Positions 25,820 to 35,165 of a stretch of DNA of 64,000 nucleotides are shown in pieces. Under the pieces are notes generated by a model. The model was not told the DNA's origin. It did no database searches and saw only the letters and a program-made list of their open reading frames with translations. How positions within the stretch are numbered: position 1 is the stretch's first letter; each line of letters begins with the position of its first letter. The position numbers and the translations under genes were made by a program. Origin of the DNA: Bacillota bacterium (GTDB taxonomy: Bacteria; Bacillota; Clostridia; Saccharofermentanales; DTU023); the NCBI GenBank assembly GCA_023426575.1, contig JAFAAL010000001.1, positions 5,243-69,242 of the forward strand, read 5' to 3'.

Positions 25820-27199
25820 TTAGACCCCTGGAATCCCAAAGGAACTCAGTAAGAGGTGGGCCGTTCCAAAGTAGATAAAGAGTGCCCCAGCGTCGACCAA
25901 TGTCGTGATCAGCGGCGCCGCCATGATGGCAGGATCCAATTTGAGTTTCGATGCCAAGAGGGGGAGCATTCCACCCACAACTGCCGACATGAAGACCGTG
26001 ACCATCAGGGCGACCGAGACGGTCAGTGCAATAATGGCCCCATAGCTGTAGTAGATGCGAATGAAGTTGATTGCCGCCAAGACAAAGCCGATGATAAAGG
26101 AGACCTTGGTCTCTTGCCAGATGACCTTGACGATGTCGGAAAATTCAATCTCACCGAGGGTCATACCACGAATCATCATCGTCGCCGTCTGAGAGCCGAC
26201 GTTACCGCCCGTATCCGTCAGCATCGGAATGAAGAAAATCAGTGTGGGCAGGGCCACAAAGGCCGACTCGTAGTGCTCGAGGATGCTCCCGTTGATAAAG
26301 GCCGAGATCATCAGAAAGAGCAGCCAGGGAATACGACGCCTCGCATGATGCAAAATCGAGGTCTTGAGATAGGGGCGCTCAGATGGTGACATGGCGGCCA
26401 TCTTTTCAAAGTCTTCCGTGACCTCTTCCTGGAGGATGTCGACGGCGTCGTCGACGGTGACGATGCCGACCAGGCGATTCTCGTTGTCGACCACGGGAAT
26501 GGCGAGGTAGTCATAGGTATGGAAGAGCTGGGCAACGGCCTCCTGGTCGTCCAGGGTGTAGGCTTTGATAATATCTGTCTCCATCAAATTCTCGATCAGA
26601 TCGTCATCTTGAGCTAGGAGCAGCGCCTTGACGGAAACGACCCCCTCGAGCACCCGGTCACGGTTGGTGACGTAACAGGTGTAGATGGTCTCGCGATCCT
26701 CGCCGTGCTTGCGCAGGTGATCGATGGCCTCACGGACCGTCATCTTCTTCTTCAGATCGGTGAACTCGGCCGTCATGATCGAACCCGCGGAATCTTCGGG
26801 ATATTGGAGGTAGTGATTGATCAGGTCACGCTTCTCGCTGTCCGTAAAGGAGAGAATCCGGCGCACGACGTTGGCCGGCATCTCCTCGAGGAAGTCGACG
26901 GCGTCGTCGACGAAGAGCTTGTCGAGCATATCGGCCACTTCCTTGTCAGAAAAGGCCGAGGCCAGGGCCTGCTGGGAAGAGGCCTCGAGGTGAGCAAAGA
27001 CTTCGGCGCCGATGTCCTTGGGCAGCATTCTAAAGACGACAGCGGCCTGTTCCTCGCTGAGTTCTTCTAAAAAGTCAGAGATGTCGACCACATTGTCATC
27101 AATAATTTCATGACGCAATTTGAGATAGCGTCGGTCTTCTAAGAGTTCTTCGAGATACTTCCAATATTCTTCACGCGAGACAAAGTCATCCATCTGCAT
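25820..27199 (-). CDS. mgtE: magnesium transporter MgtE
   Basis: 459 aa from ATG 27199 (SD AAGAGGTGG). Has an N-domain, CBS pair and C-terminal TM domain (PWLLFLMISAFINGSIL, DTGGNVGSQT). The track ORF's extra 43 N-terminal codons run into the tRNA gene and are rejected. Confidence 0.9.
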   Translation of the reverse strand: MQMDDFVSREEYWKYLEELLEDRRYLKLRHEIIDDNVVDISDFLEELSEEQAAVVFRMLPKDIGAEVFAHLEASSQQALASAFSDKEVADMLDKLFVDDAVDFLEEMPANVVRRILSFTDSEKRDLINHYLQYPEDSAGSIMTAEFTDLKKKMTVREAIDHLRKHGEDRETIYTCYVTNRDRVLEGVVSVKALLLAQDDDLIENLMETDIIKAYTLDDQEAVAQLFHTYDYLAIPVVDNENRLVGIVTVDDAVDILQEEVTEDFEKMAAMSPSERPYLKTSILHHARRRIPWLLFLMISAFINGSILEHYESAFVALPTLIFFIPMLTDTGGNVGSQTATMMIRGMTLGEIEFSDIVKVIWQETKVSFIIGFVLAAINFIRIYYSYGAIIALTVSVALMVTVFMSAVVGGMLPLLASKLKLDPAIMAAPLITTLVDAGALFIYFGTAHLLLSSFGIPGV

Positions 27200-27242
27200 G
27201 TCCGCCACCTCTTTCTCATCGATTTGGCCTGAACACGAAGGG

Positions 27243-27278
27243 CATAAAAGACGAAAGCCCCGAAACGCAAACGTTCGG
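27243..27278 (-). terminator. possible weak terminator/processing hairpin between tRNA-Val and mgtE
   Basis: Minus strand reads CCGAACG-TTTG-CGTTTCGG (one bulge) followed by GGCTTTCGTCTTTTAT. The U-tract is interrupted. Confidence 0.3.
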
Positions 27279-27288
27279 AGCTTCCTGA

Positions 27289-27365
27289 TGGTGGGTACTA
27301 CTGGACTTGAACCAGTGACCCCCTGCATGTCAAGCAGGTACTCTAACCAGCTGAGCTAAGCACCC
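27289..27365 (-). tRNA. tRNA-Val (anticodon GAC), CCA encoded
   Basis: The reverse complement reads GGGTGCTTAGCTCAGCTGGTTAGAGTACCTGCTTGACATGCAGGGGGTCACTGGTTCAAGTCCAGTAGTACCCACCA. It has a 7-bp acceptor stem and an anticodon stem CCTGC/GCAGG with loop TTGACAT. The T-arm is ACTGG/CCAGT with a TTCAAGT loop, and the 3' end is CCA. Confidence 0.9.
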
Positions 27366-27438
27366 ATCTGCCTCTGTGTCTCAGGCACTTATGAAGAATA
27401 CCATAATATTTTGGCTTGTCAATAGCCGCGATAAGAAC

Positions 27439-28854
27439 TTATGCCTCAACTTGCCGAATCTCCGAGAGCAGGCTCTCGTCCCGGTAGATGATGTCCGCGA
27501 CCTTGCGCCCTGTCGCCCGCCTTAGCTCTGGCTTGCCACTGATGCTCTCGGCTCTGGCCTGGAGCTCGGCCAGGCTCAGGACGGGTAGCCTTGCCTCACG
27601 GAAGCGCTCGCCGAGGTCGACGCGGCGGGGATTGACAGCGAGGCCGTACTGTGTGACCAGACAGTCGATCGTCTCGCCAGGCGTCGAAACGCATTGGACC
27701 TGGTCGACAATCAGGGGCAGGCGGGCGCGAATCAGCGGCGCGATGATCATGGCCAACTTGGCTCCCGCTGCGGCATCGGAGTGCCCTCCTGAGCCGCCCA
27801 TGATCTGGCCCTGTGAGTCCGTGTGGACATTGACATTGAAGTCGAGGTCTAGCTCCGTCGCCCCGAGGATGACGACGTCCAGCTGGTCGACCAGCGCCCC
27901 CCGCGGATTCGCAGCCGCATAGTGATAGGCTGAGACCTCGCGGTGTCGCGGATTCTTGCGAATCGACTCAACTGCCCCGAGGTCGAAGCACTGGACATCG
28001 TAGAGCGTCTCAAAACAGCCGTCCTCGAGCATGTCCACGAGGTAGGAGGTAATCCCGCCGAGGCCAAAGCTGCCCCGAATTTTGCGTTCGCGCATCAGGC
28101 GATGCAGATAGGTCGCGCTGGCAAGACTTGCGCCCCCCGCCCCCGTCTGAAAGGAGAAGCCGTCGATGAGGAGGCCTGAGGCATCAATGGCCTGAACTGC
28201 GAGATCGGCCATCAGGAGGCCAATGGGATCTCGGGTGACCTGGGTCGTGCCCGAGACGATTCCCCGCGGATCTCCGATGGCATCCACCATGACGATGTGG
28301 TCGACGAGAGAGCCCGGGATTGTGAAATCGGCAAGTGGCTCAGTGACATAGTGATCGCTGACGGCGATGACCGTCTGCGCTGCCTCGGCATCGGCGACGG
28401 CATAGCCGAGAGCGCCACAGGCCGAGGGCCCATATTTACCGCTGAGATTTCCCATATAGTCGACCGTCGGCGCCGCAATAAAGGCGTAGTCGATCGGCGT
28501 CACGCCCGTCAAGATCGCCCGGGGCCTACCCCCGTGACTGCGAAATTGGACAGGCTTCGCCATGAGCCCGCGACTGATTTCACGACCCACGCGCTGTGAC
28601 ATATAGTTGCACTCAATCGCGCTGACGACCCCCTGTTCAATCCAGTCGATCAGTTCGGCATGGCAGTCAAAAATCGCCGAAGCGTTGATCGTCAGATCGC
28701 CCTTGCCCTGACGGGCGAGCTCGCGCAGGACGAGATTCAAGACATAGTCGCCGTTGCGCATGTGATGGTGAAATGAGAGGCGGGAGCCACTGGGGATATC
28801 GAGCTCGCGGAGGAGAGCTCCGAGATCTTGATGTAATTTTTCTTTCCGGGACAC
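27439..28854 (-). CDS. citF: citrate lyase alpha subunit (citrate CoA-transferase)
   Basis: 471 aa. SFHHHMRNGDYVLN and the overall CitF-like sequence. Last gene of a citD-citE-citF order. Confidence 0.8.
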   Translation of the reverse strand: MSRKEKLHQDLGALLRELDIPSGSRLSFHHHMRNGDYVLNLVLRELARQGKGDLTINASAIFDCHAELIDWIEQGVVSAIECNYMSQRVGREISRGLMAKPVQFRSHGGRPRAILTGVTPIDYAFIAAPTVDYMGNLSGKYGPSACGALGYAVADAEAAQTVIAVSDHYVTEPLADFTIPGSLVDHIVMVDAIGDPRGIVSGTTQVTRDPIGLLMADLAVQAIDASGLLIDGFSFQTGAGGASLASATYLHRLMRERKIRGSFGLGGITSYLVDMLEDGCFETLYDVQCFDLGAVESIRKNPRHREVSAYHYAAANPRGALVDQLDVVILGATELDLDFNVNVHTDSQGQIMGGSGGHSDAAAGAKLAMIIAPLIRARLPLIVDQVQCVSTPGETIDCLVTQYGLAVNPRRVDLGERFREARLPVLSLAELQARAESISGKPELRRATGRKVADIIYRDESLLSEIRQVEA

Positions 28855-28856
28855 GC

Positions 28857-29771
28857 TTACACCTCTAAACTTTCTAAGAAGGTCTGGGCCTCAGTCGTCA
28901 GTAGACCCAGCTGCTCGGCGAGCTCAAGAGTCTGGCGGGCCCTCGTCTCAATCGGCTTATCGATCATCTTGCCACGCAGCGCGACCGCCCCCTTGCCCTC
29001 CGCCTTGCCGATGGCGAGGACCTCGAGGACCTCAAGCGCATAGTCGATCTCTGTGGTCGACGGCGAGAAGACCTGGTGAATGCCCCGAAGATGATGGGGA
29101 GAGATCGCCGCCTTGGCGGTGAAGCCGAGGCCCTTGGCCAATTGGGCGTCGGCAATCAGTCCTGCCTCATCTTGAGCATCAGTAAAGGGTGTATCGATGG
29201 CCGCAAGCCCCGCCGACTTGGCCGCCAGAACAATCTGCGAGCGCGCGAGGAAGATCTCGTCACCCGCCTGCGTCCGCACGGCGCCAATATCGGCCGTATA
29301 GTCTTCGGCTCCGAGGAAGAGCGCAACATTGCGCTCTGAGGCACGGGCAATCGCAGGAGCATTTCCCACTCCCGCCGCCGTCTCGAGCAATGGGATCAGC
29401 CGGGTTCTGCCCAGAGGTATTCCCGACTCTTTTTCCAATGCGTCCAAAGCCCCACTGAGCGCCACGATCTGCTCTTCGAACTCGATCTTCGGGGGCATGA
29501 TGGCGGCTGGGCGACAGGGGACAATCAGCTCCAGATCACGGCGCCAAAAGTCCGTCTTCAAATCATTGATGCGAATGACAATCTGGCGGGCACCGTAGTC
29601 GAGCGCCGTCAGCGCATGGTGGACGAGCTGCCGCGCCGCATCCTTTTCTGCAGGAGCCACCGCATCCTCAAGATCGAGGATCAGGGCGTCAGCGGGGAGC
29701 ACGGTACCATTGAGAAGCATCGCTGGACTGTTGCCAGGTAAAAACAAGAGCGATCTAAAGCGCATCGTCAA
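28857..29771 (-). CDS. citE: citrate lyase beta subunit (citryl-CoA lyase, HpcH/HpaI family)
   Basis: 304 aa with RSLLFLPGNSPAML..., ILDLEDAVAP and GAEDYTADIG motifs. Confidence 0.85.
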   Translation of the reverse strand: MTMRFRSLLFLPGNSPAMLLNGTVLPADALILDLEDAVAPAEKDAARQLVHHALTALDYGARQIVIRINDLKTDFWRRDLELIVPCRPAAIMPPKIEFEEQIVALSGALDALEKESGIPLGRTRLIPLLETAAGVGNAPAIARASERNVALFLGAEDYTADIGAVRTQAGDEIFLARSQIVLAAKSAGLAAIDTPFTDAQDEAGLIADAQLAKGLGFTAKAAISPHHLRGIHQVFSPSTTEIDYALEVLEVLAIGKAEGKGAVALRGKMIDKPIETRARQTLELAEQLGLLTTEAQTFLESLEV

Positions 29772-30024
29772 AGCTCCTCTCCAAGGCCGTGATCAGACGC
29801 GCCCTCAAGGTACAGTCCAGAGCCCCGTGGTCATGGACAATGACTTGACAGTCCGCGACAGCGTAGGACTCTAAAACGTCGCGAATGCTCGCCTCCATGG
29901 CCTGACCATACTGGGCGGCAATGGGCGAATGGAGCTCTATTTGGCGCTCCTTGGCCGGTCGGAGTTCAATAAAGACGTCACTTGAGGCATGTGTTCCTGC
30001 CGTGACTGCGCGCTTGACCTGCAT
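29755..30024 (-). CDS. citD: citrate lyase acyl carrier protein (gamma subunit)
   Basis: 89 aa from ATG 30024 (SD GGGAGG). AVTAGTHASSDVFIEL (prosthetic-group Ser context) and GALDCTLRARL resemble CitD. Overlaps citE by 17 nt. Confidence 0.8.
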   Translation of the reverse strand: MQVKRAVTAGTHASSDVFIELRPAKERQIELHSPIAAQYGQAMEASIRDVLESYAVADCQVIVHDHGALDCTLRARLITALERSFDDAL

Positions 30025-30100
30025 GCTGACCTCCCGATCAATAAATCTATGCCTCCCCAGTATAGCAAATTCAATGTGAAAAAATGGCAAAGCTCAAGTC

Positions 30101-30156
30101 TTGCTTTAGCCCATGAAAGTCGCTATACTAAGCAAGTAGTTACCTATTGCTAACTA
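30101..30156 (+). promoter_or_regulatory. candidate promoter plus downstream inverted repeat for the metal ABC operon
   Basis: TTGCTT (30101-30106), 17 nt, TATACT (30124-30129). This is followed by the inverted repeat TAGTTA-N8-TAACTA (30137-30156), near the expected transcription start. Confidence 0.4.
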
Positions 30157-30194
30157 GGAGCTGCACCATTCTAATCTATATGAGGTATATAACA

Positions 30195-31199
30195 ATGAAT
30201 CAAAAAGTCAGCAAGATTTTAGCCATTCTTCTCGCTACCCTCTTCTGCCTCGGTAGCCTTGTGGCCTGCGCCCCGCAAAAGGGCGGCCAGAGCTCCACGG
30301 CCGAAGCTGAGAAGAGCGCGACTGCAGACCGCTCAGAAGAAGCGAGTCCAAGCGACGATGGCAGCAAGAAGATCGTTACCGTCACCACGTCCTTTCTCTA
30401 CGATATGACGCGCGTCCTGGTCGGCGATCTCGTCAATCTCCAATTGATCATCCCCGCTGGCGAAGATCCACACCTGTATAAGCCCCTGCCCGAAGACAGC
30501 AAGAAGATCAAGTCCGCCGACCTCGTTCTCTATCACGGCCTCCACTTCGAGGGCAAGATGGTCGACGCGCTCGAGCAATACGGCGTCTCCGTCAGCGAAA
30601 AATTTCCCGCTGACCGCATCGGCCAGATGGACGAAGACGGCAAGACCATCGTCGACCCCCACTTCTGGTTCGATCTCGAGCTCTACGCCCTGGCCTGTGA
30701 TCGCGCTGCCGAGGCCCTGACAGAGCTCCTGCCAGAGCAAAAAGAGCTGATCGAGAAGAATCTCAGCGATTACAAGCAAGTGCTGAAAGAGACCGATCAG
30801 TGGATCCGCGACGAGCTCGCCAAGATCCCCGAAGACTCGCGCTACCTCATCACCCCCCACGACGCCTTCAACTACTTCTCGAGATCATATGGAATCACCG
30901 TCCATGCACCGCAGGGCGTCAGCACCGACTCTGAGGTCTCGGGAGCAGATGTCGAAGAGACCATCAATCTCATCGTCGAACATAAGGTCAAAGCCATCTT
31001 CGCCGAATCGACCACTGATCCTGCGCGCATGGAGAAGCTCCGTGAGGACTGTCAGCGCAAGGGATTCGAGGTCAAGGTCGTCAGTGGTGATGGTCATGAA
31101 CTCTTCTCCGACTCCCTGGCCGCCGAGGGGCAGCCTGGCGACAACTTTATCGACATGCTTAAGCACAATGTGAGCCTCATCGTCGAGAATCTTAAATAA
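30195..31199 (+). CDS. metal (Mn/Zn/Fe) ABC transporter substrate-binding lipoprotein, TroA/ZnuA/PsaA family
   Basis: Start ATG 30195 (SD GAGG). Signal peptide with lipobox LVAC. DPHLY, DPHFW and TPHDAF metal-ligand His motifs are typical of cluster-9 SBPs. Confidence 0.85.
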   Translation: MNQKVSKILAILLATLFCLGSLVACAPQKGGQSSTAEAEKSATADRSEEASPSDDGSKKIVTVTTSFLYDMTRVLVGDLVNLQLIIPAGEDPHLYKPLPEDSKKIKSADLVLYHGLHFEGKMVDALEQYGVSVSEKFPADRIGQMDEDGKTIVDPHFWFDLELYALACDRAAEALTELLPEQKELIEKNLSDYKQVLKETDQWIRDELAKIPEDSRYLITPHDAFNYFSRSYGITVHAPQGVSTDSEVSGADVEETINLIVEHKVKAIFAESTTDPARMEKLREDCQRKGFEVKVVSGDGHELFSDSLAAEGQPGDNFIDMLKHNVSLIVENLK

Positions 31200-31275
31200 G
31201 AAGCCTGTGACAGAGGATAATTTCAGTCAATTGAAGTAAGATAGTCAAGCAGAAGAATAAAAGGAGGGACACTGC

Positions 31276-32028
31276 GTGTCCTTAGACAGAAGTAATCATT
31301 TGACGCAGGAAGGCGTGCCGGCCATCGAGGCCGAGCACGTCTCTCTGCGCTACGATCAGGACCTCGTCGTCGACGATGTCAGTTTTCAATTGGCGACGGG
31401 AACCCTCACCGCCCTCATCGGCCCCAACGGTGCTGGTAAGAGCACTCTCTTCAAGGGTTTACTGGGCCTCCACCCACTCACTCAGGGCCGCGTCCAATTT
31501 CATGGCCAGCCTCTGGACGAGGTCAGGCGTCAGATCGCCTATCTGCCCCAGAAGTCCGAGGTCAATTGGGACTTCCCCCTGACCGTCTTCGAACTGGCTC
31601 TCATGGGTCGCTACCCTCACCTCGGCTGGTTCAAGAGGCCGCACAAGCGCGACCGCGAACTCGCCCTGGCCGCCCTGGAAAAGGTCGAGATGCAAGACTT
31701 TGCCAGGCGCCAGATTCAGGAGCTCTCCGGTGGACAGAAGCAGCGCGCCTTCCTCGCCCGAGCCCTCGCCCAGGCTGCGGACTACTACTTTCTCGACGAG
31801 GCCTTTCAGGGGATCGATGCCCGTTCTGCCGATATCCTCTGGAGCATTCTCGCGAGCTTGCGCGCTCAGGGCAAGACCATTCTCATCGTCCACCACGACC
31901 TCAAGACGATTGACGAGCGCTTCGACCATGTCGTCATGATCAAGCGTCACTTGCTCGCCGCTGGCTCACCTCGCGAGGTTCTGAGCCCAGAGAACCTCGA
32001 ACGCGCCTACCCAGGAGTGAGAGCATGA
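31276..32028 (+). CDS. metal ABC transporter ATP-binding protein
   Basis: GTG start after SD AAGGAGGG. Walker A GPNGAGKST, signature LSGGQKQR, Walker B YYFLDEAF. Confidence 0.85.
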   Translation: MSLDRSNHLTQEGVPAIEAEHVSLRYDQDLVVDDVSFQLATGTLTALIGPNGAGKSTLFKGLLGLHPLTQGRVQFHGQPLDEVRRQIAYLPQKSEVNWDFPLTVFELALMGRYPHLGWFKRPHKRDRELALAALEKVEMQDFARRQIQELSGGQKQRAFLARALAQAADYYFLDEAFQGIDARSADILWSILASLRAQGKTILIVHHDLKTIDERFDHVVMIKRHLLAAGSPREVLSPENLERAYPGVRA

Positions 32029-32906
32029 GCCTCCAAGACTGGCTGCGAACGCTCAGCGACCTCAATTTCTGGATTCCTGCGCTGTGCTCGATGATCCTTG
32101 CGCTGGCCTCGGCCCTCGTCGGCTCAATTTCCGTTCTCCGTGGGCAGAGTCTCATCGGCGATGCCATCGGCCACGCCTCACTCCCTGGGGTCATGTTGGC
32201 CTTTATGCTCTTCTTGAACCGCGATCCCTGGCTGCTCATGCTCGGGGCCATGTGCTTTGGCTACATCGCCTACCAGACAATCGAATATCTTGCAGGGCCT
32301 CGCAAGGAGAACCTCGACCGCGCACTCGCAATCGTCCTCTCCTCCTTCTTCGGCCTCGGCATCTGTTTCAAGAGCGTCATTCAGAGCTTCCCGCGCTACC
32401 AGTCCGTGCCCAAGGGAGGTCTAGAGACTTACTTCTTTGGCCAGGCTGCCCTCGCCGCCAAGCAAGATCTCTACTTCATTCTCATCGTCGCTGGGCTGAC
32501 CATCGCTCTCTTCTTGCTCTTTTACAAGGAGATTTCCCTCAGTATTTTTGATCTCCACTTTGCCACGCTCTCAGGCTTCAGGCCTCAGCTCGTCGGCAAT
32601 CTCAGCCTCATCCTCATCCTCGCCCTCATCGCCGCAGGCCTGCGAGTCGTCGGGGCCATTCTCATCGCCTCTCTGCTCATCGCTCCGACGGTCTGTGCCA
32701 AGCAGTGGACGCGAACCTATAAGAGCCTCTTGCGACTTGCCGCCGTCATCTCTCTCGTCTCCGCATTCTTAGGCAATCTCTTGGGTCGCCTCGCATGGCC
32801 CAATGGGGCAGCCATCGTCTTTGTGCTCTCACTTTTGACGATTTTCTCTATTTTCTTCGGTAAAGAAAGCCGACTGTACAAGCGTCGGCAGAGTAGGAGG
32901 GCCTAG
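32025..32906 (+). CDS. metal ABC transporter permease (TroC/ZnuB-like)
   Basis: 293-aa polytopic protein of ABC-3 type. ATGA overlap with the ATPase gene. Confidence 0.85.
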   Translation: MSLQDWLRTLSDLNFWIPALCSMILALASALVGSISVLRGQSLIGDAIGHASLPGVMLAFMLFLNRDPWLLMLGAMCFGYIAYQTIEYLAGPRKENLDRALAIVLSSFFGLGICFKSVIQSFPRYQSVPKGGLETYFFGQAALAAKQDLYFILIVAGLTIALFLLFYKEISLSIFDLHFATLSGFRPQLVGNLSLILILALIAAGLRVVGAILIASLLIAPTVCAKQWTRTYKSLLRLAAVISLVSAFLGNLLGRLAWPNGAAIVFVLSLLTIFSIFFGKESRLYKRRQSRRA

Positions 32907-33788
32907 ATGTTTGCTCTTCTCATTCTCTTGACGGCCGCAACAGCCCTCTCTCTCCCAGGTCTCTTCCTCGTTCTGCGCAAGCTCGCCATGCTGGGGGACG
33001 CCCTCTCCCATACGGTGCTCCTCGGCATCGTCCTCGGCTACTTCATTGTGCCAGATCTCAACTCACCCATCCTGATTCTCGCTGCGAGCCTCTTTTCGGT
33101 GTTGACAGTCACGGTCATCGAGTTTCTCAATCAGAAGGGTGGCCTCGCAGGGGATGCCTCGATCGGTATTGTCTTCCCCTTCTTATTCTCGCTCGGCGTC
33201 ATCTTGCTGAGTCGCTATCTTCGAAACGTCCACCTCGACCTCGACTGCGTCATCATGGGAGATCTGACCTTTGCCGACCTCGTGCGCACAGAGGTCCTGG
33301 GCTACTCAGTCCCCAGCAGCCTGATCAATCTCTTGCTCGTCCTGCTCCTCAACATTGTCTTCATCTCTCTCTTTTTTAAAGAGCTAAAGCTCTCTGCTTT
33401 TGACCCTCAGGCCGCCGAGATCGCCGGCTTCAAGAAGCAGTGGCTCAACCTCGGACTGAGCTTGATGGTCGCCATCTCGGCCGTCGTCTCCTTTGAGATT
33501 GTCGGGGCCATCTTGGTCATTGCCTTCTTGGTCATTCCCGCCTCTTTTGCCCTCCTCTTTACCCACAGCCTAGAGCAGTCACTCTGGCTCTCCCTCGGCT
33601 TCACCCTCGTCGTCGGCTCGATCTCCTTTGGACTTGCCTGGCACTTCAATCTCAATCCGGCGGGCTTCACCGCCGCTGTCATGGGCCTGGTCTATATCGC
33701 TGCCTTCGCCTTGCGGGATCTCAGACAGCGCCTAAAGCAGAGTCGAGCCCAGGAGAGCAGGATGAAGAAAGAGTCGCTAAAGTCTTAA
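32907..33788 (+). CDS. metal ABC transporter permease (TroD-like, second permease)
   Basis: 293-aa paralogue of the preceding permease. Its start abuts the previous stop. Confidence 0.85.
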   Translation: MFALLILLTAATALSLPGLFLVLRKLAMLGDALSHTVLLGIVLGYFIVPDLNSPILILAASLFSVLTVTVIEFLNQKGGLAGDASIGIVFPFLFSLGVILLSRYLRNVHLDLDCVIMGDLTFADLVRTEVLGYSVPSSLINLLLVLLLNIVFISLFFKELKLSAFDPQAAEIAGFKKQWLNLGLSLMVAISAVVSFEIVGAILVIAFLVIPASFALLFTHSLEQSLWLSLGFTLVVGSISFGLAWHFNLNPAGFTAAVMGLVYIAAFALRDLRQRLKQSRAQESRMKKESLKS

Positions 33789-33792
33789 GAGT

Positions 33793-33821
33793 TTGCAGAA
33801 TAGCCTCATTTAGTGTTAAAT
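33793..33821 (+). promoter_or_regulatory. candidate promoter of the poly-gamma-glutamate operon
   Basis: TTGCAG (33793-33798), 17 nt, TTAAAT (33816-33821), with TG at the extended -10 position. Confidence 0.3.
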
Positions 33822-33893
33822 TAGCTCTTAGTTTTGAACTTATTTCCAAAAGGTGAGTTCACGAATGTGAGGACGAGGGTGAGCTACTTGATC

Positions 33894-35165
33894 ATGATTT
33901 CACCGATCATTCTGATTGCCGTGCTCGGCTTCTTGGAGAAGCGTCGCAGTCAGCATGATCTCAATAAGATCCCTCTTAGGATTAATGTCAATGGCATCCG
34001 GGGCAAGTCGACAGTGACGCGCCTCTGCTTTGCCGTCTTGAGAGAAGCTGGCTACGAGGTCATCGGCAAGACGACGGGCTCGGCCACGCGGATGCTCTAC
34101 TGGGATCAAGAGGCGGAGGAATGTATTGAGAGACAACCCTCTGGTCCCTCGATCAAGGAGCAGCTCAGAGTTGTCCACCGGGCCGCCAAGTATGGTGCCG
34201 AGGCCCTGGTCTGTGAGTGCATGGCCGTGCGTCCTGAATATCAAGAAGTCTTCCAGAAGGAGATGATTCAGGCACAGATGACCGTCATCGTCAACACCTT
34301 AAAGGACCACCTCGACGAGATGGGTCCGACGACGACTCAAATTGCCTGGGCCTTTGCCGCGGGCATTCCCGAAAACGGCAAACTCGTCGTACCCGAGGAT
34401 GAATTTACTGACTACTATCGCGAGGAGGCCGCTAAACTCGGCACAGAAGTCTATACTTTTTCCGAGGATCGCATACCGCCCGAGCTCGAGGGCCTGATTG
34501 CCAAGGGGATCTTCCCCGCCAATTGTGCCGCCGCCCTTGCCGTGGCCAGAGCGCTCGAGATCCCCGAGTCGGTCGCGGTCGCAGGCATCCTCAAGGCGAC
34601 CCCAGATCCTGGAGCCATGCGCATTCAGGAAGTTCTCCACAAGGACGGCTCCGGCTTCTTCGTCAATGCCTTTGCCGCCAATGAGCCCGCGTCGAGTCTC
34701 AAGATCTGGAATCTCATCCAGCATCTCAACCTGCCTCTCGAGAAACCTCTAATCCTCTTTAATGCCAGGGCGGACCGCATCGATCGGACCAAGCTCTTTG
34801 CCAAGGACTTCTTCCCTGAGATGCCCCGCGCGGACATCGTCGTCATCGGCGAGAGCGCGCGCAGTTTTATCCGCGAGGTCAAACGAGGCAAGTACCCCAA
34901 TATCGACCGCATCTATGACCTGACCCAACACGCCCCCCGCGAGGTCGCTCAGGTCTTGCATTCTCTGGCCCCACGCCGTACTATCTTCGCGGTCGGCAAT
35001 CTCCACGGAGCTGGCGAGGCCGTCATTGCCGAACTCATTGAGTCTGGCCACCTCACCGCCACGGACAAGGTGCGTCTCACGGACTGTCGCCTGCCTCTCA
35101 GCGATGAGGAGACGCCCGACAATCTGGCCCGAGCCGAAGCGATCTCGAGCGAGGAGAATTTATGA
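33894..35165 (+). CDS. pgsB: poly-gamma-glutamate synthase, ligase subunit PgsB/CapB
   Basis: From ATG 33894 the sequence is MISPIILIAVLGFLEKRR...INVNGIRGKSTVTRL...ECMAVRPEYQ...PDPGAMRI...NARADRIDRT. In my recollection it is near-colinear with Bacillus PgsB. Confidence 0.9.
   Translation: MISPIILIAVLGFLEKRRSQHDLNKIPLRINVNGIRGKSTVTRLCFAVLREAGYEVIGKTTGSATRMLYWDQEAEECIERQPSGPSIKEQLRVVHRAAKYGAEALVCECMAVRPEYQEVFQKEMIQAQMTVIVNTLKDHLDEMGPTTTQIAWAFAAGIPENGKLVVPEDEFTDYYREEAAKLGTEVYTFSEDRIPPELEGLIAKGIFPANCAAALAVARALEIPESVAVAGILKATPDPGAMRIQEVLHKDGSGFFVNAFAANEPASSLKIWNLIQHLNLPLEKPLILFNARADRIDRTKLFAKDFFPEMPRADIVVIGESARSFIREVKRGKYPNIDRIYDLTQHAPREVAQVLHSLAPRRTIFAVGNLHGAGEAVIAELIESGHLTATDKVRLTDCRLPLSDEETPDNLARAEAISSEENL

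Noticed and set aside
27200-27328. N-terminal 43-codon extension of the mgtE ORF in the track
   Set aside because: The extension overlaps the tRNA-Val gene (27289-27365). An internal ATG at 27199 has a strong SD and gives a canonical MgtE N-terminus.
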